From assembly GCA_963764625.1 (NCBI GenBank), contig CAVXTH010000009.1:800001-864000 (forward strand): DNA of 64,000 nt, read 5' to 3'. This document shows positions 30,344 to 40,868 of the stretch, in pieces; positions within the stretch are counted from its first letter, which is position 1; each line of letters begins with the position of its first letter. Source of the stretch: Candidatus Krumholzibacteriota bacterium. GTDB lineage: Bacteria > Krumholzibacteriota > Krumholzibacteriia > JAJRXK01. A program made the position numbers and the translations under genes. The notes beneath the pieces are model-generated. The model ran no database searches. It was not told the DNA's origin and saw only the letters and a program-made list of their open reading frames with translations.

Positions 30344-31349
30344 ATGCGTTTCGCGCATCCTGAAATCCTCTGGCTGCTGTGGGCGCTTCCCGCTCTCGTC
30401 GTCGTATTCTACTTCGCGCGCAAATCCGCGCGCCGCCGCACCCTCCGGTTCATCGGCTCCGATCTGGAGCAACAACTCGTCATCGGACGGCGGGACCGAA
30501 GGCGCATGGGGCGCGCGGCGCTGCTCCTCTTGGTCCTCTCCCAGTTGATCCTCGCGGCGGCGCGACCTCAATGGGGAGCGAACAAAGTGGAAGTCGAGCA
30601 AAAGGGAAGCGACGTGGTGATCGCGCTCGACATTTCGCGTTCGATGCTGGCCGAAGACATCAAGCCGAGCCGCCTGACCCGGGCCAAAGTCGAACTGGCG
30701 GACCTCATGGACGATCTCAACGGAGATCGAGTAGGTCTGGTGTTCTTCGCCGGGGCTGCCTTTCCCCAGTGTCCGCTCACCGTCGACTATTCGGCGGCGC
30801 GCCTCTTTCTGTCCCAAGCCGATCCCACCATGATCGGCAGTCAGGGCACGAATATCGAAGCCGCCATGAGCACCGCTCTCGAGTTGTTCCGAGAAGAAAA
30901 GGGCGGGTATCGAGCCGTCATCTTGGTGACCGACGGGGAGGACTTCGCCGGGGGTCTCGACTGACATCACGCGCAAGTTGCAGGACGCGGGCGTCGTGGT
31001 CTTCCCCATTGGGATGGGGAGTTCCGGAGGGGCGCCGATTCCCGTCTACAACGACCAACACCAGAGAGAGGGCTTCCTCAGGGACGAGAATCAGCAAGTC
31101 GTGATGACGCATCTCAAGGAGGAACCTTTGGTGAAACTCGCCCGGGATACTGGGGGTATCTATGTACGGGCCGGAAGTGGGGGGGTCGATTTGGCCCGCC
31201 TGAGCGCCGGGCTCAGCACTCTGCAGAGTCGGGCCTATCAGGCAACCCGTGTCACCTCGTACCAGGAGCGTTACGCTTGGCCGCTCTCCGCCGCGCTCCT
31301 GTTGCTTCTCTTGGAGCCCTTGTTCAGCGACCGGAGGAAGGGGGAATGA
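30344..31349 (+). CDS. batB: vWA domain protein BatB; frameshifted near 30961
   Basis: AARPQWG, LDISRSM, KPSRL, VTDGED; continues one base downstream as DITRKLQDAGV..GMGS..GAPIP to 31349. Confidence 0.88.
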
Positions 31350-32251
31350 AGATGCGAGCCATGGCCGTCACCGTTCTCGCGTTCTCCATCTGTTTTGGGC
31401 AGAGCTCACCCGCGCGCGCGTGGGATCCGCTCCAGAAGGCTCGTCGCGCGGCGGAGACGGCGGGAGAGAAGTTGCAGCGAGGAGACACGAAGGGTGCGAT
31501 CGAAAACTACGCCCGCGCGCAAGCCTACCGACCCCAGGATTCCGACTACCGTCTGGGCCTGGGAGAGGCTCTCTATGCCGACGGAGACATGAAAGGCGCG
31601 ATGAGCCAATTCCTGGCGGCCGCCAACTCTGACGATCCGGGGCGCGACCGCCAAGCCCTCTACAACGCGGGGAACGTGGCTCTGGCCAAGAAGGACCCCA
31701 AGATGGCGCTCTCGCTCTTCCAGAAGGCTCTGCTGAAGGGCAAACCCGACCCGGACCTCCTGCACAATCTGGAGCTCGCACAGCGTCTGGTCGAGCAGCA
31801 GAAGAACCAGAAGCAGAAGTCCGATCAGAATCAGAAGCAGGACCAGAAACAGAAGGGTGACCAGAAACAAGATCAGAAGAAGGACCAGGGCCAGGATCAG
31901 AAACAGAATTCCTCAGGGGGAAGGCAGGACCAGAAGAAGCAGCAACAGGATGAGAAGCAGAACGGCTCGAAGGACGATCAACAGCAGTCCCCCGAGAGAA
32001 AGCAGGATCAGGCCCAAGACCAGAAACAGGAAAAACCCTCGGCGGCGCCGGATAGTACCATGCAACAGCCGACTCGACCCGACTCGACGCAGACCGCGAT
32101 GTCCGATAGCATGACGACGAAGGTCGGAGTCATGAGCCCGGCGGAAGCCATGCGATTGCTCAGTGCCCTCGATCATGACGAGGAAGAACTGCGGCGTTCG
32201 ATCCAACGACGACTACGCACGACGGAGAACAAGAGTAAGCATGAATGGTAG
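31346..32251 (+). CDS. batC: TPR protein BatC with Q/K/D-rich linker
   Basis: Signal peptide, YNAGN TPR, HNLELA, Gln-rich stretch, MSPAEAMRLL..EE...W C-terminus. Confidence 0.85.
   Translation: MKMRAMAVTVLAFSICFGQSSPARAWDPLQKARRAAETAGEKLQRGDTKGAIENYARAQAYRPQDSDYRLGLGEALYADGDMKGAMSQFLAAANSDDPGRDRQALYNAGNVALAKKDPKMALSLFQKALLKGKPDPDLLHNLELAQRLVEQQKNQKQKSDQNQKQDQKQKGDQKQDQKKDQGQDQKQNSSGGRQDQKKQQQDEKQNGSKDDQQQSPERKQDQAQDQKQEKPSAAPDSTMQQPTRPDSTQTAMSDSMTTKVGVMSPAEAMRLLSALDHDEEELRRSIQRRLRTTENKSKHEW
31795..32030 (+). repeat. Low-complexity CAG/AAG/GAC coding repeat (QDQKQ-type) within batC
   Basis: Degenerate tandem units such as GACCAGAAACAG and GATCAGAAGAAG. Confidence 0.7.
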
Positions 32252-34055
32252 AGCGATAGCACCTACTCGGCGAATAATTCTCCTGGGTTTGGTGCTCAGC
32301 ACGCTCTTGACCGCGAGCCTTCCTCTGCGAGCTCGAGCGGCTGTCTCCTGCCGTGCCGAAGTGGATCGTTCCCAACTGGCGGTGGGCGAGCAAGTAGTTC
32401 TCACTCTGAATGTCGAAGGTGACGTCCGTAAGATCGAAGATCCCGAGCTGCCGGACTTCGGGCCGTTCGAGGTATACGGTGGAGGACAGAGCCAGAGCTT
32501 CAGTTTCGTGAACGGCAAGGTACACGCCAGCCACAGCTACACCTGGTACTTGAGGCCGTTGGAGCCCGGCAACTTCGAGTTGCCGCCGATCACGGTGGTG
32601 GCGGATGGGGCCAAGTATCACACGAAGAAGATTCCCCTGAGCGTTCAGCCGGCCGGATCCTCGAATTCGCCCGCCCCGCGGCAGAATTTCCCCGTGGCGC
32701 CACCCACCCATGATTCCACTCGCAACAGGGGCACCCGCTCGGGCGGGCCGGGAGACGATTACTTCGTGAGCATGACGGTCGATCGGGACACGGTCGTGGT
32801 TGGAGAGCAGGTGGTGCTCACGTTCACGTTCTACCGCGGGATGCGTGGCGGACTGTTCGACTCTCCGCAGTACACTCCACCGACCACCGAGGGATTCTGG
32901 CGCGAGGATCTGCCCCCGGAACGACACAGTACCATGAACGTCCAGGGCTACCCTTACGACATCACCCAGATCCTCTACGCGCTCTTTCCCACCCGAAGCG
33001 GAGAACTGCGGATCGGTGAGGCGGTGGTGCGGATCCCGCAGGATCCCTTCGGCTCGTTCTTTCGCCGTCAGACGCCACGGGGCGACGTCACCCTCAGCGC
33101 TCCCTCGATCCCGGTGTACGTGAAGGAACTTCCGCCGCGGGCGCCGGCCGGATTCGACGGAACGGTGGGAAGCGAGCTGGAATTGAGTTTGAAGACCGAT
33201 CGCAAGAATCTCTCGGTGGGGGATGCCCTCACCGTGTCCCTTCAGCTCTCAGGGGGTGGGTATCTCGCGGCCGCGTCCAAACCCGAGCTTCCCCAGCTTC
33301 CGAGCTTCCGCCAGCACGACTCGGGCTCTTCTCTCGACTCCGGACCCTCGGGAGGAGAACTCCGGGGGAGCCTGAAAGTGGAGAAGCTCCTCATTCCGCA
33401 GAAGGAAGGGAACTACACCATTCCCTCGGTCTCCTACGTCTATTACGACACCAAGAGAAATCGCTATCGCCGCCTGACCACCGAGCCGGTCGAGATCGCG
33501 GTGTCCCCTTCCGACGAGGCGCCGGTTTCTTCCTTCGCCACCGGGGGAAAGACCGAGATCGCGATTCTGGGCCAGGACATTTTGCACATCCAGGCGGTGA
33601 GCGGAGTGCTCAGGCCCTATGAAGGGCCGCTGATCGCCCGGCGGACGACCTGGGTCTTGGGTGCCCTGGCCCCGCTCATCTGGCTGGCTTCGGTCCTTCT
33701 GGCCTCGAGGCGCCGACGGCTTCTGGCCGATCCTCTGGGACATCGCTCAAGCCGCGCGCGCAAGTTGGCCGCCGCCCGACTCTCCGGCGACGGGAGCGAC
33801 GCTGAGCGGGTGAGCGAGGCGCTCATGATCTGGTTCGGGGCCAAGGCTCGCCGTCCGGTCTCCGGATTCACCCGCAGCGAGTTGCTCGATTGGTTGAAAG
33901 AGAAGAAGGCTCCCGCAGAGCTCGTGGAACAGGTCGACACGATGCTCGACCACTGCGATCGAGCCCGATTCGCGGCAGCCGGAGAAGAGACGAGGCTCGT
34001 GGACGAAGCGAAGACCCTGCTGCTCGTGCTGGAAAAGGAGTTGGGCCGTGTTTGA
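32241..34055 (+). CDS. batD: BatD family protein
   Basis: Signal peptide, three 'VDR..VGE' Ig-like modules, SFSFVNG, YALFP..SG, C-terminal TM helix. Confidence 0.88.
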   Translation: MNGRAIAPTRRIILLGLVLSTLLTASLPLRARAAVSCRAEVDRSQLAVGEQVVLTLNVEGDVRKIEDPELPDFGPFEVYGGGQSQSFSFVNGKVHASHSYTWYLRPLEPGNFELPPITVVADGAKYHTKKIPLSVQPAGSSNSPAPRQNFPVAPPTHDSTRNRGTRSGGPGDDYFVSMTVDRDTVVVGEQVVLTFTFYRGMRGGLFDSPQYTPPTTEGFWREDLPPERHSTMNVQGYPYDITQILYALFPTRSGELRIGEAVVRIPQDPFGSFFRRQTPRGDVTLSAPSIPVYVKELPPRAPAGFDGTVGSELELSLKTDRKNLSVGDALTVSLQLSGGGYLAAASKPELPQLPSFRQHDSGSSLDSGPSGGELRGSLKVEKLLIPQKEGNYTIPSVSYVYYDTKRNRYRRLTTEPVEIAVSPSDEAPVSSFATGGKTEIAILGQDILHIQAVSGVLRPYEGPLIARRTTWVLGALAPLIWLASVLLASRRRRLLADPLGHRSSRARKLAAARLSGDGSDAERVSEALMIWFGAKARRPVSGFTRSELLDWLKEKKAPAELVEQVDTMLDHCDRARFAAAGEETRLVDEAKTLLLVLEKELGRV

Positions 34056-34821
34056 GCTTCTACGACGGCTGACGCTGGCCGGCATCGTTCTGTTTGCCGC
34101 GGCCGGGGCGCAGGCGGAAGACCTGGGACGTGCGCAGACCCTCGCGGCACAGGGCAACCACGCCTACGAAGCGGGGGACTATGATACCGCGGTGAAGGAC
34201 TATCAAGCCGCCATCGACGCTGGACTGGACCACGAAGTGTTGTTCTATAATCTGGGCAACGCCTGGTTCAAAATGGGGAGCGTGGGAAAGGCGATCTTGT
34301 CCTATCGTCGAGCTTTGCTGCGCGCGCCTCGGGATGCCGCTGCTCGCGCAAATCTCGCTCAGGCGAAGACCCTCATCAAGGACGAAGCGCTCGCTCCACT
34401 CTCGGTGCCCCTCTTCTTGAAACCTCTGGTCTGGTTGTATTCGCGCTTCAGCCTCAACGAGTGGACCGCGGCCGCTCTGAGCTTCTGGTTCGTTCTGGGC
34501 CTGGTGGGCGCGTTGCGTGCCTGGTGGCGTCCGTCGCGGCTCAGAGGCCGGGGAGTCATCTGGGGCCTCTGCACTGCGCTCGCGGTGTGTACGGTGATGG
34601 TGGGCATTCACGCTGACAACGAGCTTCGCCACCACGAGGCCATCGTGACGCAAACCGAAGTCGACGTACGGAGTGGACCTGGCGAGAACTACAATTTATC
34701 CTTTAAGATCCACGAAGGTTTACGTGTCTTCGTCGACACGCGCCGGGCGAAGTGGACTCGGATCCACCTGGGCGGAGACTTGATCGGCTGGGTTCCAGTG
34801 GCTTCGATCGAGGAGATCTGA
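34048..34821 (+). CDS. batE: TPR + SH3 protein BatE
   Basis: YNLGNA TPR, two TM helices, VRSGP..F.IHEG..V...GWV SH3b-like end. Confidence 0.88.
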   Translation: MFELLRRLTLAGIVLFAAAGAQAEDLGRAQTLAAQGNHAYEAGDYDTAVKDYQAAIDAGLDHEVLFYNLGNAWFKMGSVGKAILSYRRALLRAPRDAAARANLAQAKTLIKDEALAPLSVPLFLKPLVWLYSRFSLNEWTAAALSFWFVLGLVGALRAWWRPSRLRGRGVIWGLCTALAVCTVMVGIHADNELRHHEAIVTQTEVDVRSGPGENYNLSFKIHEGLRVFVDTRRAKWTRIHLGGDLIGWVPVASIEEI

Positions 34822-34924
34822 ACCGGCCAGCGGTTGCGCAGCGCGCAACCAGCCGCGCCCCTCGCCAGCGCGCGGTCCCAATCCACAACGAGTTTACGGA
34901 GATCGAGCCGAGGAGATAGCCCGG

Positions 34925-36444
34925 ATGAACCGATCGGAAATCAGCGATGCGCGGAGTCTCTCCGCGCCGGGAATCCAGAAGGGGCCGATCTGGCCCCTTC
35001 TCTTGCCTTTCGCACTCGGCACGCTGCTCCGGCTGTGGGCGCTGCCGTCGTCGGTGAACTTGCGGTTCTTCCCGCAGGCAGAGGGTTTGGCGGCGCCGGA
35101 CGGAACCCGAATCTTCTCCGCCATCCTCTTCGGGCTCGTGGTTCTCACCGTGGCCTGGATCTCCAGGGAGTTGGGGGGGGGTCTCGCCGGCTCTGAGCGC
35201 GGGAATCGTTCTGGCTCTGTGCTGGCCCGCGCTCATTTTGAGCGTCATGCAGTTGGGAAACGTGGCGCTCATTCTCGTCCTGATGATCGGTCTGGCCATC
35301 GTCAGCATCGGCGGCAGACTCTCCGGGTTCGGTTGGGCACTGTGGGCTCTTGCGGCTCTGCTCCTTGCGCTTCCCCTCCTGAGGGACTCGTGGCTGGGAA
35401 CCTCGGTTCTGCTTCCATCGCACCCAAGCGACGCGATCTTGCTCCTCTGGCGCCACGAGATCCCGCGCCTCTCAGCGCCGATCTTCTTGGGCAAGATCCC
35501 ACTCTTCGCGCTGGGACTGAGCAGTCTTCTCGTTTTGCGGGGACGACCGGGAGCGCGCGCGGTCGCGCTCTTTCTGTTGGTCCTCGTGCTGGTGGATTGG
35601 TTCTGGCCCCTGGGCCAGCAATCTCGATCTGGCCGTGTTGGCGCTCTTGGCCGTTCTCGGTGGGGTGTGGTTCGCCGCGCTGCGCGCTTCGTGGGGCGGG
35701 GGTCAGCGGAAAGCGCTTGCGGCCCTCTGCGTGTCGGTACTCGTCCTCTTGGCGGTGGGATCCTATTTCACCCGGGTGTCGGGCGATGCCCTGACGCGGG
35801 CTGAAGTCTCGCTCCGGCTGGAACGCGCCCATCAGGAGAACGACAAGGGGATGAGTCAGGCGGCCCTGGAGGACCTCGCCTGGATTCTCACGCGCGAGCC
35901 TCAAGACCACGACGCGCGTAATTTGCGGGCGTGGGTGCTTCTCGGGCAGCGGCAATTCAAGTCGGCCGCGGTCGCGTTCAAGGAAATGCTACGAGACTTT
36001 CCGGAATCAGCCGATTCGCAGCTGGGGGTCGGTTGGTCCAACTACTATCTGGGCAACTACGTGACCTCCAAGATGGCCTTCACCAGGGCCTTGAGCCTTC
36101 GGCCGGAAAACGCGAGCGCCATGGTCGGAATGGGTTTGGCGGAGTTCGCAGGGAACAACGATCTGGACGCGGGAGAAAAGCTCATCCGTGAGGGACTGAA
36201 GCTCGATCCGAAAATCGCCGAGGGCTATGCGGGGCTGGCCATGATCATGCTCAAGAGAGGAATCGAGACCCCCGAACAGACGAAGCAGCTGCGTGAGTAC
36301 GTGCACCAGGCGATCGTTCTGGACCCCAAGAACGAAGCCGCGCGTCGCTGGGCCAGGCGAAGGGGATGGTACGATCTCTTCCCCGAGAATGAGAGACCCG
36401 GCAACTGGAAAGAGCTCATGAAAGAGCAGCAGACCCAGCAATGA
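34925..36444 (+). CDS. Multi-TM membrane protein with C-terminal TPRs; apparently frameshifted twice (about 35173-35192 and about 35590-35610)
   Basis: Hydrophobic segments run consecutively through three frames (34925.., 35238.., 35635..); TPRs in 35635..36444; stop overlaps the uvrA ATG. Confidence 0.6.
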
Positions 36445-39284
36445 GGCAGAGAATCGTCGTCAAGGGCGCTCGCCAGCACAATCTGAAGAACGTCGACCTC
36501 GAGATTCCCCGCGATGAGCTCGTCGTCTTCACCGGAGTTTCGGGGAGCGGCAAGTCTTCGCTGGCGTTCGACACGCTTTATGCCGAGGGACAGCGGCGCT
36601 ACGTGGAGAGTCTCTCCTCCTATGCGCGTCAGTTCCTCGGACAGATGGAAAAGCCACACGTCGATCATATCGAGGGCTTGAGTCCCGCCATCTCGATCGA
36701 CCAGAAGTCACCCAGCCGCAATCCTCGTTCCACCGTCGGCACCGTTACCGAGATCCAGGACTATCTCCGCGTCATCTTCGCCAGACTCGGGGAGCAACAC
36801 TGTCATCGCTGCGGCAGGAAAGTGGGTCGCCAGACACCCGGACAGATGGCAAAGCGACTGCAGCAATTCGCGCCGGGCACCCGGCTCGTCCTCTACTCAC
36901 CGGTGGTGCGTGGCCGGAAAGGAGAGTATCAAGAACTGCTGCGCAAACTGCGCAAAGACGGTTTTTCTCGTCTGAGGATCGACGGAAACTACCTCGATCT
37001 CCAAGAACACGAAGCACCGCGCCTCTCCAAGACCATGACCCATGACGTGGAGGTTCTCATCGATCGGATCGTGGTGGGAAGAGTCTCCACCTCACGCCTG
37101 GTCGATAGCATCGAGACCGCGCTGCGCCTCTCCTTTGGTTTGCTTTTGGCCGAGAGCGAAGCCGGCGACGAAGTGCTCTTGGGGGAGGACTATGCGTGCG
37201 TCCATTGCGGAATCTCCTTCGAGGAGCTGATTCCTCAGCACTTCTCCTTCAACTCTCCCCGCGGCGCGTGTCCTGAGTGCAACGGCCTGGGGACCCTGTT
37301 GCAGGCCGATCCCGAGCGTCTCGTCCTGGATCCTGAGAAGTCCGTGATGGCCGGTGCTCTGGCGCTCATGGGGAACCTCGAGGAGAAAGACAGTCTCGGC
37401 TGGTGGAACCAACGGCTTCTCCAGATCGCGGATTACTACTCCATCGACTTGAATCGGCCCTGGAAGAAACTGTCCAAGCGCGATCGGAAACTCCTGCTCC
37501 ACGGCGACGCAAATACCACGCTCACGTACCGCTACGAGAGCAGTCACTTCCGTGGCGATTTCGAGGGAAGGGTGGTCGGAGTGGCCACCGAGGTCGAACG
37601 ACTCGTCCGTCAGACCAAGAGCGAACGCCGCCGCCGCTACTACAGTCAGTTTCTGCACGAGGGAGTCTGCCCCTCCTGCAAGGGTTTGAAGCTGCGTCCG
37701 GAAAGCCTGGCGGTCAAACTCGGCACTCTCAACCTCGCTCAACTGAATCAACTCTCGATCGAGCAGGCTCATCACTACATCACCACGCTGAAAGTGCCCA
37801 AGTCCAGAGCGCAGGTGGCCGAGGACGCGTTTCGCGAGGTCGCATCAAGGCTGAGGTTCCTTCTCGACGTGGGGCTGGAATACCTCACCCTCGACCGCGC
37901 TGCGCCGACCCTCAGCGGCGGCGAGAGCCAACGCATTCGCCTGGCGAGTCAGATCGGCTCACAGCTCGTCGGCGTGCTCTACATCCTCGACGAGCCTTCG
38001 ATCGGTTTGCATCAGCGGGACAATGCGCGCCTTTTGCGCACGCTCGAAGATCTGCGCGACATGGGGAATACCGTGATCGTGGTGGAGCACGACGCCGAAA
38101 CCATCGCTCACGCTGACCACGTGATCGATTTTGGCCCCGGAGCGGGAGTGAACGGGGGAGAGATCGTCTTCTCCGGCAGTGTCCCTCAGCTGCGTCGAGC
38201 GAGTTCGCGCAGCCTGACCGGGGCCTACCTGACGGGGAAACTGAAAATCGAAGTGCCTCGGCGTCGAAGGAAGCCGGGTCGCGCCGCAATCACGCTCAAG
38301 GGCGCGCGTCTGAACAATCTCAAGAGCCTGGACGTGTCGTTTCCCGTGGGTCTCTTCACCGCGGTCACCGGAGTGTCGGGCAGCGGGAAGAGCTCCCTGG
38401 TGAATGAGACGTTGTATCCCGCGTTGGCGAATGCGCTCTCGGATCGCCAGCTAAGAGTCGGTCCGTTCAAGCGCATCACCGGCCGCTCGAACATCGACAA
38501 GGTAATCGACATCAATCAGGATCCCATTGGACGTACTCCGCGCTCGAATCCCGCGACCTACGTGCAGGTCTTCACCCTGATCCGGGAGATCTTCGCTCAA
38601 CTGCCTCTCTCCAATGCGCGCGGGTATAAGCCCGGCCGATTCTCCTTCAACGTGAAAGGAGGGCGCTGCGAGGCGTGCGAGGGGCACGGTCAGAAGAAGA
38701 TCTCCATGCACTTCTTGGCCGATGTCTGGATCACTTGCGAAGTCTGCAAAGGACAGCGATTTCAGGCGGAGACCCTGCAGTGCCGCTACAAGGGGAAATC
38801 GATCGCCGACGTTCTGGACATGGACGTGCAGGAAGCGCTGGAATTCTTTCAGAATCAGCCTAAGATCAGCAAGATTCTGCAGACTCTTCACGACGTGGGG
38901 CTGGACTACATCAAGCTGGGCCAGCCGGCGACGACTCTCAGTGGGGGAGAAGCACAGCGAGTGAAACTGTCGCGCGAATTGGCAAGGCAGGCTACCGGCC
39001 GCACACTCTACGTGCTCGACGAACCCACGACTGGTTTGCACTCCCACGACATCAAGCGACTTCTTTCGGTGCTCCACCGACTGGTCGACGCCAAAAATAC
39101 CGTCGTCATCATCGAGCACAATCTGGACGTGATCAAAACCGCGGATTGGATCATCGATCTGGGGCCCGAAGGCGGCGAACGAGGCGGGCAGATCCTGGCT
39201 GAGGGTCCTCCCGAGGCCGTGGTGCGGGTCAAGAAATCCCATACCGGCCGCTATCTGGCCGGCGAACTGAATCGGTGTTCCTGA
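36441..39284 (+). CDS. uvrA: Excinuclease ABC subunit A
   Basis: GARQHNLKN, two GVSGSGKSS Walker A, LSGGESQR and LSGGEAQR signatures, zinc fingers; 947 aa. Confidence 0.98.
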   Translation: MRQRIVVKGARQHNLKNVDLEIPRDELVVFTGVSGSGKSSLAFDTLYAEGQRRYVESLSSYARQFLGQMEKPHVDHIEGLSPAISIDQKSPSRNPRSTVGTVTEIQDYLRVIFARLGEQHCHRCGRKVGRQTPGQMAKRLQQFAPGTRLVLYSPVVRGRKGEYQELLRKLRKDGFSRLRIDGNYLDLQEHEAPRLSKTMTHDVEVLIDRIVVGRVSTSRLVDSIETALRLSFGLLLAESEAGDEVLLGEDYACVHCGISFEELIPQHFSFNSPRGACPECNGLGTLLQADPERLVLDPEKSVMAGALALMGNLEEKDSLGWWNQRLLQIADYYSIDLNRPWKKLSKRDRKLLLHGDANTTLTYRYESSHFRGDFEGRVVGVATEVERLVRQTKSERRRRYYSQFLHEGVCPSCKGLKLRPESLAVKLGTLNLAQLNQLSIEQAHHYITTLKVPKSRAQVAEDAFREVASRLRFLLDVGLEYLTLDRAAPTLSGGESQRIRLASQIGSQLVGVLYILDEPSIGLHQRDNARLLRTLEDLRDMGNTVIVVEHDAETIAHADHVIDFGPGAGVNGGEIVFSGSVPQLRRASSRSLTGAYLTGKLKIEVPRRRRKPGRAAITLKGARLNNLKSLDVSFPVGLFTAVTGVSGSGKSSLVNETLYPALANALSDRQLRVGPFKRITGRSNIDKVIDINQDPIGRTPRSNPATYVQVFTLIREIFAQLPLSNARGYKPGRFSFNVKGGRCEACEGHGQKKISMHFLADVWITCEVCKGQRFQAETLQCRYKGKSIADVLDMDVQEALEFFQNQPKISKILQTLHDVGLDYIKLGQPATTLSGGEAQRVKLSRELARQATGRTLYVLDEPTTGLHSHDIKRLLSVLHRLVDAKNTVVIIEHNLDVIKTADWIIDLGPEGGERGGQILAEGPPEAVVRVKKSHTGRYLAGELNRCS

Positions 39285-40195
39285 TGGAAGAGTTGGCCTA
39301 CGTAGAGGGAATGGAAAAGACGCTGGACATCGGTGACCACCCGTTTCCTCTGGCCAAGTACTCGATTCTCACCCGCTTGCTTCGCGAGGAGCTGCAACTG
39401 CCCGAGGACCGGTTCCACGAACCGGTGCAGGTGAACGCGGAGGACATCGCCCGCATCCACACTCCGCGCTACGTCGCCGATCTGGAAGAGGCGCGCGAGA
39501 CCTGGGCCACCAGGAGCAGCGAGCTTCCCGTGACCAAGGAGGTCATCGGGTCCTTTCGCCGGCTCCTGGGAGCCAGCGTGCAGACGGTAAGGCTCGCTCT
39601 TTCACAGGGTATGGGTTTCTGCATCGGCGGTGGATTCCACCACGCTTGCCCGGATCACGCGGAAGGTTTCTGTTACTATCACGACATGGCGATCGCGGTG
39701 GAGAGCGCGCGCGCGGAGTCGGATCTCGAGCGGGTCCTCTTTCTCGACGTCGACGTGCATCAGGGAAACGGCACCGCTCTCATCTACGGACTGGACGAGG
39801 ACACCTTCACCTATTCGATTCATCAAGAGCGTAACTATCCCCTGAAGCAGCGCAGCGATCTCGATACTCCGCTTCCCGACGGAATCGGTGACGCGGAATA
39901 CTTGGAGAGGCTTCAGGCCGATCTGGAAATGATCGACGAGAGATTCGCGGCTCCTCAACTGGTGTGCTACGTGGCGGGAGTCGATCCCTACGAAGGAGAC
40001 CAGCTGGGGGGACTCGCGCTCACCCAGGAGGGCCTGCGCCGCCGCGATCACCTCGTTCTCTCGCGCTACGTCGAGGCCGAAGTGCCGATCGCCATTTTCC
40101 TGGCCGGAGGGTACGCCGGCAGCGCGGAGGAGACCGCTCGGCTTCATTTTGGAACCGCACAGGCGGCGGAAGACGTACTAGCCCAGAGACATTGA
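39284..40195 (+). CDS. Histone deacetylase family (Zn-dependent) protein
   Basis: HPFP..KY, GGFHHA, EGFC, DVDVHQGNGT, AGVDP..GD.LG, LAGGY. Confidence 0.92.
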   Translation: MEELAYVEGMEKTLDIGDHPFPLAKYSILTRLLREELQLPEDRFHEPVQVNAEDIARIHTPRYVADLEEARETWATRSSELPVTKEVIGSFRRLLGASVQTVRLALSQGMGFCIGGGFHHACPDHAEGFCYYHDMAIAVESARAESDLERVLFLDVDVHQGNGTALIYGLDEDTFTYSIHQERNYPLKQRSDLDTPLPDGIGDAEYLERLQADLEMIDERFAAPQLVCYVAGVDPYEGDQLGGLALTQEGLRRRDHLVLSRYVEAEVPIAIFLAGGYAGSAEETARLHFGTAQAAEDVLAQRH

Positions 40196-40218
40196 CTCAA
40201 CTCACCGGAGGTTGATTT

Positions 40219-40380
40219 GTGGAACTTGCAATCGGGATTCCTCTCTGGCTGCTCTTCGGAGTGTTGTCCGCCTGGATCGCAACCACCAAGGGCCGTAGCG
40301 GCTGCGGCTTCTTTTTTCTGGGGGCGATTCTGGGCCCCATTGGCCTGGTGATCGCGGCGGTGGTGGGCAAGAGACACTGA
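40219..40380 (+). CDS. Small two-TM membrane protein (53 aa), absent from the ORF track
   Basis: GGAGG RBS at 40207-40211, GTG start; MELAIGIPLWLLFGVLSAWIATTKGRSGCGFFFLGAILGPIGLVIAAVVGKRH*. Confidence 0.75.
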   Translation: MELAIGIPLWLLFGVLSAWIATTKGRSGCGFFFLGAILGPIGLVIAAVVGKRH

Positions 40381-40386
40381 GTTGCC

Positions 40387-40755
40387 TCAGTCGGTCGGCC
40401 CCTCGAACACACAGCGCGCGCTACATGTCTCCTGCACCGTCACCCGGGAGAGCTGTGGAAGGCGAGGGATCAAACGCTTGTAGATCCAGGCCGCGAGGAC
40501 TTCCGAAGTGGGGTTTTCCAGTCCTTCGATCTCGTTGAGATAGTAGTGATCGAGGGTTTCGTGAAGCGGTCGAAACGCCTCGGCAATCTCCGCGTAGTCG
40601 ATCAGCCAACCCGTCTCGGCGTCGATCTCTCCCTCGATTTCCACGCGAATCTTAAAACTGTGCCCGTGCAGTCGGCCGCACTTGTGTCCGGCGGGAACGC
40701 GCGGGAGCCGGTGCGCCGCCTCGAAAGAGAAGTCCTTCACCAGCCGGGTTCTCAT
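40387..40755 (-). CDS. queD: 6-carboxy-5,6,7,8-tetrahydropterin synthase
   Basis: [37 protein letters not shown]. Confidence 0.95.
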   Translation of the reverse strand: MRTRLVKDFSFEAAHRLPRVPAGHKCGRLHGHSFKIRVEIEGEIDAETGWLIDYAEIAEAFRPLHETLDHYYLNEIEGLENPTSEVLAAWIYKRLIPRLPQLSRVTVQETCSARCVFEGPTD

Positions 40756-40868
40756 TCAGTCCTCCCCTTGACCCGCTCTTGGCCGCTTGCATACACTGCC
40801 CGCCGACGGTGCCTTCCCCGCTCTTCTGAGCTGGCACCACGAGGTCCTCAAACTAGCAGGAGAACTCG

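Noticed and set aside
30962-30964. TGA in batB as selenocysteine or stop readthrough
   Set aside because: The continuation is in a different frame, so an indel explains it rather than recoding
31795-32030. Tandem CAGAAG-like repeats as a CRISPR array or VNTR
   Set aside because: Degenerate in-frame codons of the usual Gln/Lys/Asp-rich BatC linker; no constant repeat-spacer structure
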